NCBI GenBank assembly: GCA_013792135.1
Contig: VMSP01000124.1
Location: 16,480 to 80,479 of the forward strand
Length of the DNA: 64,000 bases
Direction: 5' to 3'
Source: Desulfocapsa sp.
Lineage (GTDB): Bacteria > Desulfobacterota > Desulfobulbia > Desulfobulbales > Desulfocapsaceae
Shown in pieces: positions 55,932-64,000 of the stretch (positions within the stretch are counted from its first letter, which is position 1; the number at the start of each line of letters is the position of its first letter). The position numbers were made by a program, and so were the translations under genes. A model generated the notes under the pieces. The model had not been told where the DNA came from. It made no database searches and saw only the letters and a list, made by a program, of their open reading frames with translations.

Positions 55932-56920
55932 ACAAGGCGCTGATTACCGGCGGCGGGGGGTTTGTCGGCAAGGCTATTGTCCGTCAGTTACTGGCGCATG
56001 GTGTCCAGTGTCTGGTGGTCGGCCGCCATGCGTACCCGGAGCTTGAATCCCTTGGGGTGACGTGTCGGCAGGGTGATATCATTGACTGTGGATTCATACG
56101 GGAGTGCTGTCAGGGAGTGGACACCGTTTTCCATGTGGCTGCCCTGGCGGGGATCTGGGGGAGGTGGCGGGATTATTATGCCACCAACGTCCTGGGTACT
56201 GAGAATGTCCTTGCCGGCTGCAGGGCGGAAGGTGTCAGGCATCTGGTCTATACCTCAACTCCGTCGGTAGTGTTCAACCAACATTCCATCTGCAATGGTG
56301 ACGAGAAGCTGCCCTATGCCGATCACTTTCTCTGTCATTACGCCAGGAGTAAGGTCATGGCGGAGCAGTTGGTCCTGGCTGAATCTGATTATGACCTGCA
56401 CACCTGTGCAATTCGTCCACATCTGGTGTGGGGGCCAGGTGATCCTCATCTGATTCCAAGGCTTATTGACAGGGGGCGGAAAGGACAACTCAGGCGGGTG
56501 GGAGATGGGCAGAATCTTGTGGATATCTCCTATATTGATAATGTGGCTCACGCCCACCTGCTGGCCGCGGATAATCTGGCTGGAGTCGGGACGGCCTCGG
56601 GGCGGGCTTATTGTATCAGCCAGGGAGAACCGATGAATTTGTGGCAGTGGATTAACGAGCTTTTTTCCCGACTTGACATTGCACCAATACGATCTAAGAT
56701 TTCATATCCGGTTGCCTATGGGCTTGGTGCCCTGCTTGAGTGGGGCTATCGTTTGTCAGGCTGTCAGAGGGAACCGCAGATGACCCGTTTTCTGGCGCAG
56801 CAACTTGCCAAATCGCACTATTTTTCCATTGCCCAGGCCAGACGTGACCTTGGCTATCAACCAATTGTCTCAACAGAAGAGGGGATGGAGCGTTTACTCG
56901 CATCACTCATGAAAAAATGA
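55928..56920 (+). CDS. oleD: NAD(P)-dependent 3-beta-HSD/epimerase-family reductase, OleD-type
   Basis: Rossmann motif ALITGGGGFVGKAI. YxxxK (YARSK). ATGA overlaps on both sides. Confidence 0.8.
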   Translation: MNKALITGGGGFVGKAIVRQLLAHGVQCLVVGRHAYPELESLGVTCRQGDIIDCGFIRECCQGVDTVFHVAALAGIWGRWRDYYATNVLGTENVLAGCRAEGVRHLVYTSTPSVVFNQHSICNGDEKLPYADHFLCHYARSKVMAEQLVLAESDYDLHTCAIRPHLVWGPGDPHLIPRLIDRGRKGQLRRVGDGQNLVDISYIDNVAHAHLLAADNLAGVGTASGRAYCISQGEPMNLWQWINELFSRLDIAPIRSKISYPVAYGLGALLEWGYRLSGCQREPQMTRFLAQQLAKSHYFSIAQARRDLGYQPIVSTEEGMERLLASLMKK

Positions 56921-58416
56921 AAAATAATTTTCAGAAAATCTGGGCCATTGTTCTGGTCTTCTCCTTCTTGCATCTTTCCTGCGCCCGGCCTGTTGCCGCT
57001 TTCACTGTTGGCGAGGAGCGAGAGGTGGGAGAAATTCTTTTGCATCAGATACGGTTGGCCTTTTCCCTTGTTGATGACCCTGATGTCTCTCAATATATTA
57101 ATGAACTCGGCGCTGAGGTGCTGCAGGTGGCGGGAGCTCAATATTTTGATTATCATTTTTTTGTGATAAAAAACAAGGAGTTTAATGCCTTTGCCGCCCC
57201 CTCCGGCTTGATCTTTTTTCATTCCGGTCTCATTGAGACCATGGGCAGCGAGGATGAACTGATTTCGGTCATGGCCCATGAGGTTGGTCATGTGGTCAGC
57301 CGCCATATTGCCTCCCGCATGGATAAAGGAATGAAGGTGGGCATTGGTGCACTTGCCCTGGCCATTGCCGGGCTGGCCCTTGGCGGTGGAGGTGCTGCCG
57401 GTCAGGCCCTGGTGGCAGGCTCGATGGCAGCCAATCAGGCCTTGAATCTGCATTTCAGTCGTCAGGATGAGGAAGAGGCAGATCTCCTCTCCTATGGCTG
57501 GATGAAAAAGCTCGAAAGAGATCCGGTGGCCATGGAAAAGATGTTGAAGACCATGCGGCGGATCACCAGGTATCGTATGGGTGATGTTCCCCCGTATCTG
57601 CTCACCCACCCTGATCCCGAGGCCCGTCTTGGCTATGTGCAATCTCTTATTGCCATTGAGAAGGCGCCTTTAAGTAATGTCAGTCAGCAGACTGATAATT
57701 TTGCTTTTTTACGTTTCAAATACCGGATTCTCTCCCAGATTGAAGATGATGGCCAGTTTCGCAATTTTCTGGCCACGAAGATTTCTGATCCAAAGTCCTC
57801 TCCTCCTGACAGAACCATGGCCAAGTATGGCTTATCGCAGGTAGAGAGAGAGGCAAATAATTACGAACGCGGTCGTGCCTTGTTGCTTGAAGTGATTGCA
57901 GCATATCCCAACAGATCAATCCTGCTGGTTGATCTGGGCCGCGTAGAACTTGCGGCCGGAAATAAAGAAAAGGCTTTGGAGCTGACCCAACAGGCTTTCA
58001 AACAGAATCCGGCAGATCTGTGGGCTGTCTTTCAGCTTGCAAAGGTCTATCTTGAGCTTGGCAAGCTGAAAGAGGCAGAAGTAAATCTCTTTACTGTGGC
58101 CCGAGAGATTCCCGAATATTCTAAGGTCTATTATGAGATCGGGAAACTGAGGTCAAGCCAGGGCAAGAAGGGTGAGGCTTCCTATTATCTGGGAAAACAT
58201 TATCTGTATGAGGGGCGTATTGAACTTGCCAAAGAAAATTTTGAGCGGGTCCTCAAGGATCAATCGCTTTCTCGTGATATTCGTGACAATGCTAAGGTGC
58301 AACTGGAGACGATAGAACGTCTGGAGGAAGGTCCGGGTTCAAAAAAAGAACAGGAAGAAGAAAAGAAAAGGAAAGAGGAGGAGGTAAGGAGAGATCGGAG
58401 GCTGGTGCCATTTTGA
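56917..58416 (+). CDS. M48-family zinc metalloprotease with C-terminal TPR domain (BepA/YfgC-like)
   Basis: Signal peptide. HEVGHVVSRH zinc motif. Downstream EEEADLLS. TPR repeats. Lys/Glu-rich tail. Confidence 0.9.
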   Translation: MKNNFQKIWAIVLVFSFLHLSCARPVAAFTVGEEREVGEILLHQIRLAFSLVDDPDVSQYINELGAEVLQVAGAQYFDYHFFVIKNKEFNAFAAPSGLIFFHSGLIETMGSEDELISVMAHEVGHVVSRHIASRMDKGMKVGIGALALAIAGLALGGGGAAGQALVAGSMAANQALNLHFSRQDEEEADLLSYGWMKKLERDPVAMEKMLKTMRRITRYRMGDVPPYLLTHPDPEARLGYVQSLIAIEKAPLSNVSQQTDNFAFLRFKYRILSQIEDDGQFRNFLATKISDPKSSPPDRTMAKYGLSQVEREANNYERGRALLLEVIAAYPNRSILLVDLGRVELAAGNKEKALELTQQAFKQNPADLWAVFQLAKVYLELGKLKEAEVNLFTVAREIPEYSKVYYEIGKLRSSQGKKGEASYYLGKHYLYEGRIELAKENFERVLKDQSLSRDIRDNAKVQLETIERLEEGPGSKKEQEEEKKRKEEEVRRDRRLVPF

Positions 58417-58432
58417 GAGTGATGGCCGGATC

Positions 58433-59164
58433 TTATGTCTCAAGGGTCAGATAAATCAGAAATTCGCTGTTTCCCTTGGGGCCGACAATGGGGGAGCGGA
58501 CTACTCCCCGGCTTTTCATTCCAAGTTTCTGGCAGAAGAGCTGGATCTTGTTTATGGCCTCTTCGTGGAGGGGCGGGTCGAGAACGACCCCGCCCTTGGG
58601 GACCTTCTCTCTGGGGAGTTCAAACTGGGGTTTTATCAGGGCAATCAAGTGGCTTTGTTTGCCAAAAAGGGGAAGAAGTGGCGGAATCAGTTTGGTAAGG
58701 GAGATAAAAGAGGAGTCAATGACAGCCAGATCAATGATTTCCGGGATCTGAGTTTTTGTGATCTTACGGGCGTTAAAGCGTTCAATCACCACCACCCTGG
58801 GATCCTGACGCAGTTTCCAGTCAAGTTGGCCATAACCAACATCGACAGCGTAGACCTTGCTGGCTCCATGTTGGAGCAGGCAGTCGGTAAAGCCACCACT
58901 TGAAGCGCCAATGTCAGCACAAATCTGTCCTGTTGGATCGTAATCGAAGGCATCAAGCCCGCCTTTCAATTTTAAGCCGCCTCGAGAAACATAGAGACAA
59001 CTTGGCTTGACCTGAATCCTGATATCCTGGGCGAACAAACACCCCGCTTTGTCAGCCAGCTGCTCATTGACCAGAACATGCCCGGCACCTATCAGTGCTC
59101 TGGCCTTGACCAAGGTGTCGGCCAAGCCAAAGGTGACAAGGAGCTCGTCAAGTCGTTGTTTCAC
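58433..59164 (-). CDS. tlyA: TlyA-family rRNA 2'-O-methyltransferase
   Basis: N-terminal S4 domain (RLDELLVTFGLADTLVKARALIGAGHVLVN). FtsJ-type SAM motif DIGASSGGFTDC. Confidence 0.92.
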   Translation of the reverse strand: MKQRLDELLVTFGLADTLVKARALIGAGHVLVNEQLADKAGCLFAQDIRIQVKPSCLYVSRGGLKLKGGLDAFDYDPTGQICADIGASSGGFTDCLLQHGASKVYAVDVGYGQLDWKLRQDPRVVVIERFNARKITKTQIPEIIDLAVIDSSFISLTKLIPPLLPLFGKQSHLIALIKPQFELPREKVPKGGVVLDPPLHEEAINKIQLFCQKLGMKSRGVVRSPIVGPKGNSEFLIYLTLET

Positions 59165-59182
59165 TGGATACGTTGGACGTCC

Positions 59183-60259
59183 TTACAAAGAAGAGAGTTT
59201 ACTTTTGGCCTGTCCTGCCTCGGGGCTGGAACCATAAGAGCTTATAATCTTCTGGTAAATGATCTTGGCGGTATCTTTGTCCGAGAGTTGTTCAAAGGCC
59301 ATGCCCTGTTTCAAGAGGGCGGCAGGTGTTTTCGCATGTTTGGGCTGACTGGCGATGATCTTTTGATACTGGAGGATCGCCTGATCGTATTCTTTCTGCT
59401 GATAGAGACATTCACCCATCATGTAGCGGGCCTGGATGGCATTGGTGCTACTGCCGTTTTTGTCAATATAGGACTCAAACATCTCATAGGCATTCTGGTA
59501 ATTTCCTGCTTCGTATTTCTTTTGTGCCTGATTGAATAGATCATCAGTTGGTGTTGCATTTGCAACTGGTGATTCTTGTGCCGTTTTGGGAGCCTGTTCA
59601 GTTACGGATGCGGCTAAAACTGCTGAGCTGGTATCCTCAGGAGATACTGGTTCTGCTGTCGGCTTTGGTTCTTCAGAAACGGTTGTGGTTGCGGCGGTAT
59701 TCTGTTTCACCGATGCCGGTTCCTGCCTTTTGAGCTGTTTTTTACGTTGAGCCTGAATTTGAGCAATGCCCTGATTGCTGCTTGCCATTTTCACCTTTAG
59801 CCTTGCGGCATCAGCTGCCTCGGCTGCAGCGCGCGCTTTCCGCTCTGCCTCGAGTGCACGAGCTGCCTGCAGGGAAGCCACGCTATCCTGTTGTTGCTTG
59901 AGCTGCTCATTAAGCTGCGTAATCTTAATATCGGTTTCAGAAGATTGCTTGGAAACTATTTCCTGAAGTGAGGTTTCAAGCTCTTTGTTCTGCTCCTGAA
60001 GCTGGCGATTGGTCATCGCTGTTGTCTCAAGCTCACCTTTCAGGGCCAGAAGTTCCTGTTGCATTTCAGTTAACTGTCCGGCTGAACTGGCCTGTTTCTT
60101 CTGCATCTTGTCTACGGTATTGGCCTGCATGTCCTCAAGTTTTTTATTCACCGCCCGTAACTGATAGGAGAGGGTTCTGACCTCATCCTGACTTGCGCAC
60201 TGGACAAGAAAAGGGGTTAAGGAGAGAAGGACAAGGAGGGTAAGGAAAGATTTATTCAT
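59183..60259 (-). CDS. cpoB: Tol-Pal system protein CpoB/YbgF-like (coiled coil plus TPR)
   Basis: Signal peptide. Long coiled coil (QLRAVNKKLEDMQ...). Ala/Pro-rich linker. C-terminal TPR block YQNAYEMFESYI...ARYMMGECLYQQKEYDQAILQYQKII...ALLKQGMAFEQL. Confidence 0.8.
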   Translation of the reverse strand: MNKSFLTLLVLLSLTPFLVQCASQDEVRTLSYQLRAVNKKLEDMQANTVDKMQKKQASSAGQLTEMQQELLALKGELETTAMTNRQLQEQNKELETSLQEIVSKQSSETDIKITQLNEQLKQQQDSVASLQAARALEAERKARAAAEAADAARLKVKMASSNQGIAQIQAQRKKQLKRQEPASVKQNTAATTTVSEEPKPTAEPVSPEDTSSAVLAASVTEQAPKTAQESPVANATPTDDLFNQAQKKYEAGNYQNAYEMFESYIDKNGSSTNAIQARYMMGECLYQQKEYDQAILQYQKIIASQPKHAKTPAALLKQGMAFEQLSDKDTAKIIYQKIISSYGSSPEAGQAKSKLSSL

Positions 60260-60294
60260 GGCATTTACCTGTTCAATGATATTTTTTATAAATA

Positions 60295-61593
60295 TTATTT
60301 TTTAGAGGACCAGCGGGGATAGGTCTGGTTGCCTTTTAACGAAAAAATTTGTCGCTGAAAAGTGCCGTTTTTCAGAATGGCATAAATTTTTCGCGCACCA
60401 CCTTCACGTTGTGAGTAGATCAGTTGTTTGCCGTCAGGTGACCAGTCTGGTGATTCGTGCTGATTTGCATCTTTTGTAACCTGGAAAGGTGTGGCACCTT
60501 GTTGGGGAGTGATGGTGCAAATCTGGTATGAGCCATTGGTCAGACTCGAGTAGGCCAGAAGATCCCCCTTTGGAGACCACGAGGGTTCAGCATTTTCTGT
60601 TCCTTTAAATGTGAGTCTCTGAACATTTTTACTACCGAGGTCCATAAGATAGATCTGTGGCTTGCCACTGCGGTCTGAGACAAAGGCAATTGTATTACCA
60701 TTCGGTGACCATGCTGCCGAGACATTGATGCCTGAGCGTTTAGTCAGTTGTTCCAGAACGTTCCCTTTACGGTCAAGCATATAGAGATCAGGATTTCCGT
60801 CTTTGCTCATGGTTAGAATCATCCTCTGTCCATCCGGTGACCAGGCAGGTCCCAGATTCATCCCTTTTCTCCGGGAAAGGACTTGGGTCGAGGTACTTTG
60901 ATTGAGATCGGTAATGTAAAGATTCTGATTGCCCTTGTGGTAGGAGGTATAGCTGAGGCTCTGACCATCAGGGGTAAAACGGGGAGAGATCACCAGATTT
61001 CGATGACGGGTTATTTGTCTTGTCTTATCACCGAGGATATTTGTCACGTAGGCCTCTTTAGCACCTGTGTTGTCTGAAATAAAAGCTATCTGGCTGGAAG
61101 CAATTCCTGGTTCACCGGTGAGCTCCTTGATGACACTGTCGCAGAATTTAAAGATTATTTCCTGTTTCTGCTCTGTCGTTCCCGTATATTTTTTACCGAG
61201 GACCATGTCGCCACCTCCCACATCCAGAAGGCGCATCTCATAATTGATCCCTGCTGGTGATATGGTGTAACTTCCCAGGATGGTATAGTCGGCGCCAACC
61301 TGTTTCCAATCAGGAGATGATGACCCGGAGTAATTTTGATTAGGAATAATAGAGATGATCCCATGGAATTCCAGCGCTTTTTCAAGAGTATTGGCCAGTT
61401 CACGGCCAAAGGCCTGTAACTCACCGGACTTTGCCGTGTTGGTAAACCAGGGTACGGCCATGTTGATCTTCCGTGTTCCTGACGCGGTAATGTCAAGATA
61501 GACCTTGGTATCTGCTTGTGCGAAATTAGTGGTATTGCCAAGGATCAGAAGAAGACCCACGAGGAGCGTAACTAAAAAGCGTATCGGATTCAT
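60295..61593 (-). CDS. tolB: Tol-Pal system beta-propeller protein TolB
   Basis: The ATG at 61593 gives the signal peptide MNPIRFLVTLLVGLLLILGNTTNFAQA. The ORF can be extended to a GTG at 61671 overlapping the tolA stop. N-terminal TolB domain plus repeated WSPDG-type blades (AWSPDGQRM, AWSPNGNTI, SWSPKGDL, DWSPDGKQL). Confidence 0.93.
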   Translation of the reverse strand: MNPIRFLVTLLVGLLLILGNTTNFAQADTKVYLDITASGTRKINMAVPWFTNTAKSGELQAFGRELANTLEKALEFHGIISIIPNQNYSGSSSPDWKQVGADYTILGSYTISPAGINYEMRLLDVGGGDMVLGKKYTGTTEQKQEIIFKFCDSVIKELTGEPGIASSQIAFISDNTGAKEAYVTNILGDKTRQITRHRNLVISPRFTPDGQSLSYTSYHKGNQNLYITDLNQSTSTQVLSRRKGMNLGPAWSPDGQRMILTMSKDGNPDLYMLDRKGNVLEQLTKRSGINVSAAWSPNGNTIAFVSDRSGKPQIYLMDLGSKNVQRLTFKGTENAEPSWSPKGDLLAYSSLTNGSYQICTITPQQGATPFQVTKDANQHESPDWSPDGKQLIYSQREGGARKIYAILKNGTFQRQIFSLKGNQTYPRWSSKK

Positions 61594-61667
61594 AATGTGA
61601 TGAAGGGTAAAAGGAAAAAAGGAATGATTCGAATATTCACAGAGTGTACCACTTATAGATGAAAAAA

Positions 61668-62699
61668 TCACTGAATTCCGCTTGGTTTGAAGCGGAGCCC
61701 TATTTCAATGCGCTGTTTTTGCAGGGCTGGTGGTGGTGCGGGTAGGGGATTGGCCGCCTCCAGGGTCTTGAGCACAAACTGATCAAAGAGGTTATCCCCG
61801 GATCCCTGCTCAAAGTTCTGGCTGACGATCTGACCATCGCTGGCAATGGTGATGCTGACCACCGCTAAAATATTGGGATCCCAGGTCTTGACATCGGGTG
61901 GCTGCCAGTATTGTTGAATATGGCCCATGATTGTCGCATAATATTGCTGTTCAAGTATGCCCATGCTTTGTGCATTACTGGTTCCAGTCTGTGAGGACGT
62001 TTGTGATGTACTGGTAGGGGTTGAAGCCCGGAGCTGATCTCGCAGGGCATTCTTGGCGTCTGCTGCCAACATTCTGGCCTCCAGCTCCGCACGTCTGGCC
62101 TCCTCGCGGGCTGCAGCCAGCTGTCGCTGACGTTTGATGGTTTCCTGTGCCGCAGTTTCTTTTTTTGCCTCTTCCTGGAGTTTATTGGTAATGCTTTTCA
62201 ACTCATCTTTACGAATCTTGGCATCTTCAACCTTGGTGTCAGGGATATCTTTGATTATTTTTTTCAGCTTTTGCTTTAACGGCTTAATCGAAATGGCCTC
62301 GGCTGGTGCCGGGGGTGCAACCGGTTCAGGAGTAGCCGTTGGTTCTGGAATGGGAACTGCATCCGGCGTTTCAGGGGGGAGAGGAATCTGCTTCGTTTCT
62401 ACCGGTTTGATAGTCTCCGCCGGTTTAGGCGGCGGTGATGGGGCTATTGCCTTTTTTGATTCCTGCTTTATGGCCGTAGGAGCAGCAGGTTTACTTGGGG
62501 CAGCCGGTTCCCCCATGCTGACCAGATCAATGGTGGTAATTTCCGGGAGGATGGTTCGTTGATCCAACAGGCCAGGAAGCACCATGGCGCAAAACAGGGC
62601 CAGAAGATGGAGACCGATTGCCAGGTTAATCGGCAGTTTCCATTCGTTGGGCCGGGCGTGGAAGAATGCTTGATTCGCAGGCACGTTACTTTTTTTCAT
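61668..62699 (-). CDS. tolA: TolA-like envelope-spanning protein (TM anchor, Pro-rich and Lys/Glu/Ala-rich helical region, TonB/TolA C-terminal domain)
   Basis: TM INLAIGLHLLALFCAMVLPGLL. PAAPSKPAAP...PPPKP. KKETAAQETIKRQRQLAAAREEARRAELEARM. Position between tolR and tolB. Confidence 0.8.
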   Translation of the reverse strand: MKKSNVPANQAFFHARPNEWKLPINLAIGLHLLALFCAMVLPGLLDQRTILPEITTIDLVSMGEPAAPSKPAAPTAIKQESKKAIAPSPPPKPAETIKPVETKQIPLPPETPDAVPIPEPTATPEPVAPPAPAEAISIKPLKQKLKKIIKDIPDTKVEDAKIRKDELKSITNKLQEEAKKETAAQETIKRQRQLAAAREEARRAELEARMLAADAKNALRDQLRASTPTSTSQTSSQTGTSNAQSMGILEQQYYATIMGHIQQYWQPPDVKTWDPNILAVVSITIASDGQIVSQNFEQGSGDNLFDQFVLKTLEAANPLPAPPPALQKQRIEIGLRFKPSGIQ

Positions 62700-63114
62700 C
62701 CGAGGGTTTAGTGACCATCCCCAGTTTGGTAAACCCTGCGGCTTTAATGTCAGCCATAATTGAGGCTACCTCTCCATAGGTGATATTTTTGTCCGCCTTG
62801 AGCAAAATGAGTTCTTCTTTTCCCTTTTCAGCAAATATCTTGGCCAGTTGATCGCGAAGGACAGGCTGAGTGTATTCGATTTTTCCCAGCATGATCTTGC
62901 CGTCCTTGTCAACGCTTACCACCTGGGGATCTTCTTTCTGCCGCAGCGAATTGGCTGTGGTCTCAGGCAGATCAACATCTAACCCCTGAGTCATCATCGG
63001 CGCGGTTATCATGAAGATGATGAGCAGCACCAGCATAACATCTACCAGAGGTGTGACGTTAATATCGGCGACCAATCCTCTCGTGCCATTTCCCCTGCTT
63101 GATCCCATTCCCAT
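62686..63114 (-). CDS. tolR: Biopolymer transport protein TolR (ExbD family)
   Basis: ADINVTPLVDVMLVLLIIFMITAP is the ExbD/TolR signature. 142 aa. Confidence 0.9.
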   Translation of the reverse strand: MGMGSSRGNGTRGLVADINVTPLVDVMLVLLIIFMITAPMMTQGLDVDLPETTANSLRQKEDPQVVSVDKDGKIMLGKIEYTQPVLRDQLAKIFAEKGKEELILLKADKNITYGEVASIMADIKAAGFTKLGMVTKPSDEKK

Positions 63115-63137
63115 TTGATTTGTATCCAGTTTAAAAA

Positions 63138-63210
63138 AATTACGAATTACGAATTACGAATTTAAAAAAGACGAATTGTAATTCGTAATTTCTAATTCGT
63201 AATTCCTAAT
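63138..63210. repeat. Intercistronic heptamer-based inverted repeat between tolQ and tolR
   Basis: (attacga)x3 at 63139-63159. Central palindrome acgaatt-gt-aattcgt. Complementary taattcgtaatt units at 63179-63205. Confidence 0.8.
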
Positions 63211-63217
63211 TAGTTCG

Positions 63218-63919
63218 CTATCCGCGGCTTATCATGTCGCGTTCAACAAGGTTGAGAAAATCGGTGGAGAAATTCTGCATTTCGCCGTCAATATAGGTCA
63301 GTTTGTTGGCGAAATAATTATAGAAGATAACTGCTGGAATGGCAACAGCAAGACCTGCGGCTGTTGCGATCAATGCCTCGGATATACCAGGGGCGACAAC
63401 GGCCAGGGAAGCGGAGCCACGCATGCCGATATCGTGAAATGAGGCCATGATACCCCAGACCGTACCAAAAAGACCAATAAAGGGGGCGGCGCTACCGGTG
63501 GTAGCGAGAAAAGGCAGGTATTTTCCCATTTCAGTAATCTCCTGGGATTCTGCCTTGCGGATGGCCCGTTTCAGATTATCCATGGTGGCCATTTGCATAT
63601 CAAGAGTTTCCGGCTGATTGCTTCCATCCTTACGGCTGCGAATCTTGTTGATCTTTTGCAGCTCGGTAAATCCTGCTGAAAAGATAGTCGCCTCAGGACT
63701 GTATTCATAGTCCTGGGCAGTGTCATAGGCATCGCTGAGTTTGCTTGAAGACCAGAAAGCCTCAAGGAAATCCTGAGTGTCGGTAGAAATTTTTTTGAAC
63801 AAGCGTGCCTTAATAAAGACAATGGACCAGGAGATAACAGAAAACAGAAGGAGAACAAGCATGACCAGTTGTCCAATTGGACCGGCATGTAAAATCATAT
63901 TGGCGATAGATAGCTGCAC
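63218..63919 (-). CDS. tolQ: Tol-Pal system proton-channel protein TolQ (MotA/TolQ/ExbB family)
   Basis: Three TM helices. Conserved LATTGSAAPFIGLFGTVWGIM and ALIATAAGLAVAIPAVIFYN. Confidence 0.93.
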   Translation of the reverse strand: MQLSIANMILHAGPIGQLVMLVLLLFSVISWSIVFIKARLFKKISTDTQDFLEAFWSSSKLSDAYDTAQDYEYSPEATIFSAGFTELQKINKIRSRKDGSNQPETLDMQMATMDNLKRAIRKAESQEITEMGKYLPFLATTGSAAPFIGLFGTVWGIMASFHDIGMRGSASLAVVAPGISEALIATAAGLAVAIPAVIFYNYFANKLTYIDGEMQNFSTDFLNLVERDMISRG

Positions 63920-64000
63920 GTGTGTATTCCTTTAAGTGTTTGTCTTTGTATTATTTAATAAAATGTAAGGTAGTAGATTTTATTAATGAAAAAATACTTT

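Noticed and set aside
1-64000. tRNA, rRNA, tmRNA or RNase P genes
   Set aside because: Scanning by eye for T-loop (GGTTCGAATCC-like) and other conserved cores found nothing convincing. This is a weak negative and should be confirmed with tRNAscan-SE or Infernal.

Overview
This 64-kb chromosomal window is about 47-48% GC by eye. Its gene content suggests an anaerobic Desulfobacterota-like (deltaproteobacterial) genome, but that is inference only. No rRNA, tRNA or CRISPR array was recognised. (1) nt 1-17,201 form one long minus-strand supercluster. It holds nine c-type multihaem cytochrome genes with 62 canonical CXXCH motifs plus 6 variant motifs. It also holds three six-bladed NHL beta-propeller paralogues, a 692-aa outer-membrane beta-barrel and a membrane cytochrome b. 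A NarL-type two-component system lies directly upstream at 17.6-20.3 kb. This is the best candidate for an undescribed system: a complete inner-membrane-to-outer-membrane electron conduit in which NHL propellers are recurrent partners of the cytochromes. (2) nt 20.5-27.8 kb look accessory. They carry two paralogous secreted proteins of unknown family, a secreted protein with an Asp/His-rich tail, a 2 x 92-bp tandem repeat, three copies of a ~110-140-nt repeat, and IS66/IS91 relics. (3) nt 27.8-36.5 kb carry two paralogous pairs of an outer-membrane barrel and a small periplasmic-binding-like protein. One pair sits inside a histidine kinase / sigma54 response regulator / diguanylate cyclase operon. 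(4) nt 36.8-64 kb are mostly housekeeping: a CDF transporter, zwf beside a decayed gnd, a TSUP exporter, a REC-adenylate cyclase, gabD and uvrC. This part also has a cobalamin riboswitch in front of a ThiC-family gene (probably bzaF), a two-domain ABC ATPase, a hybrid kinase and oleBCD without oleA coupled to a BepA-like protease. It ends with tlyA and a tolQRAB-cpoB cluster lacking pal. All calls come from reading the translations and the sequence; no database search was run.
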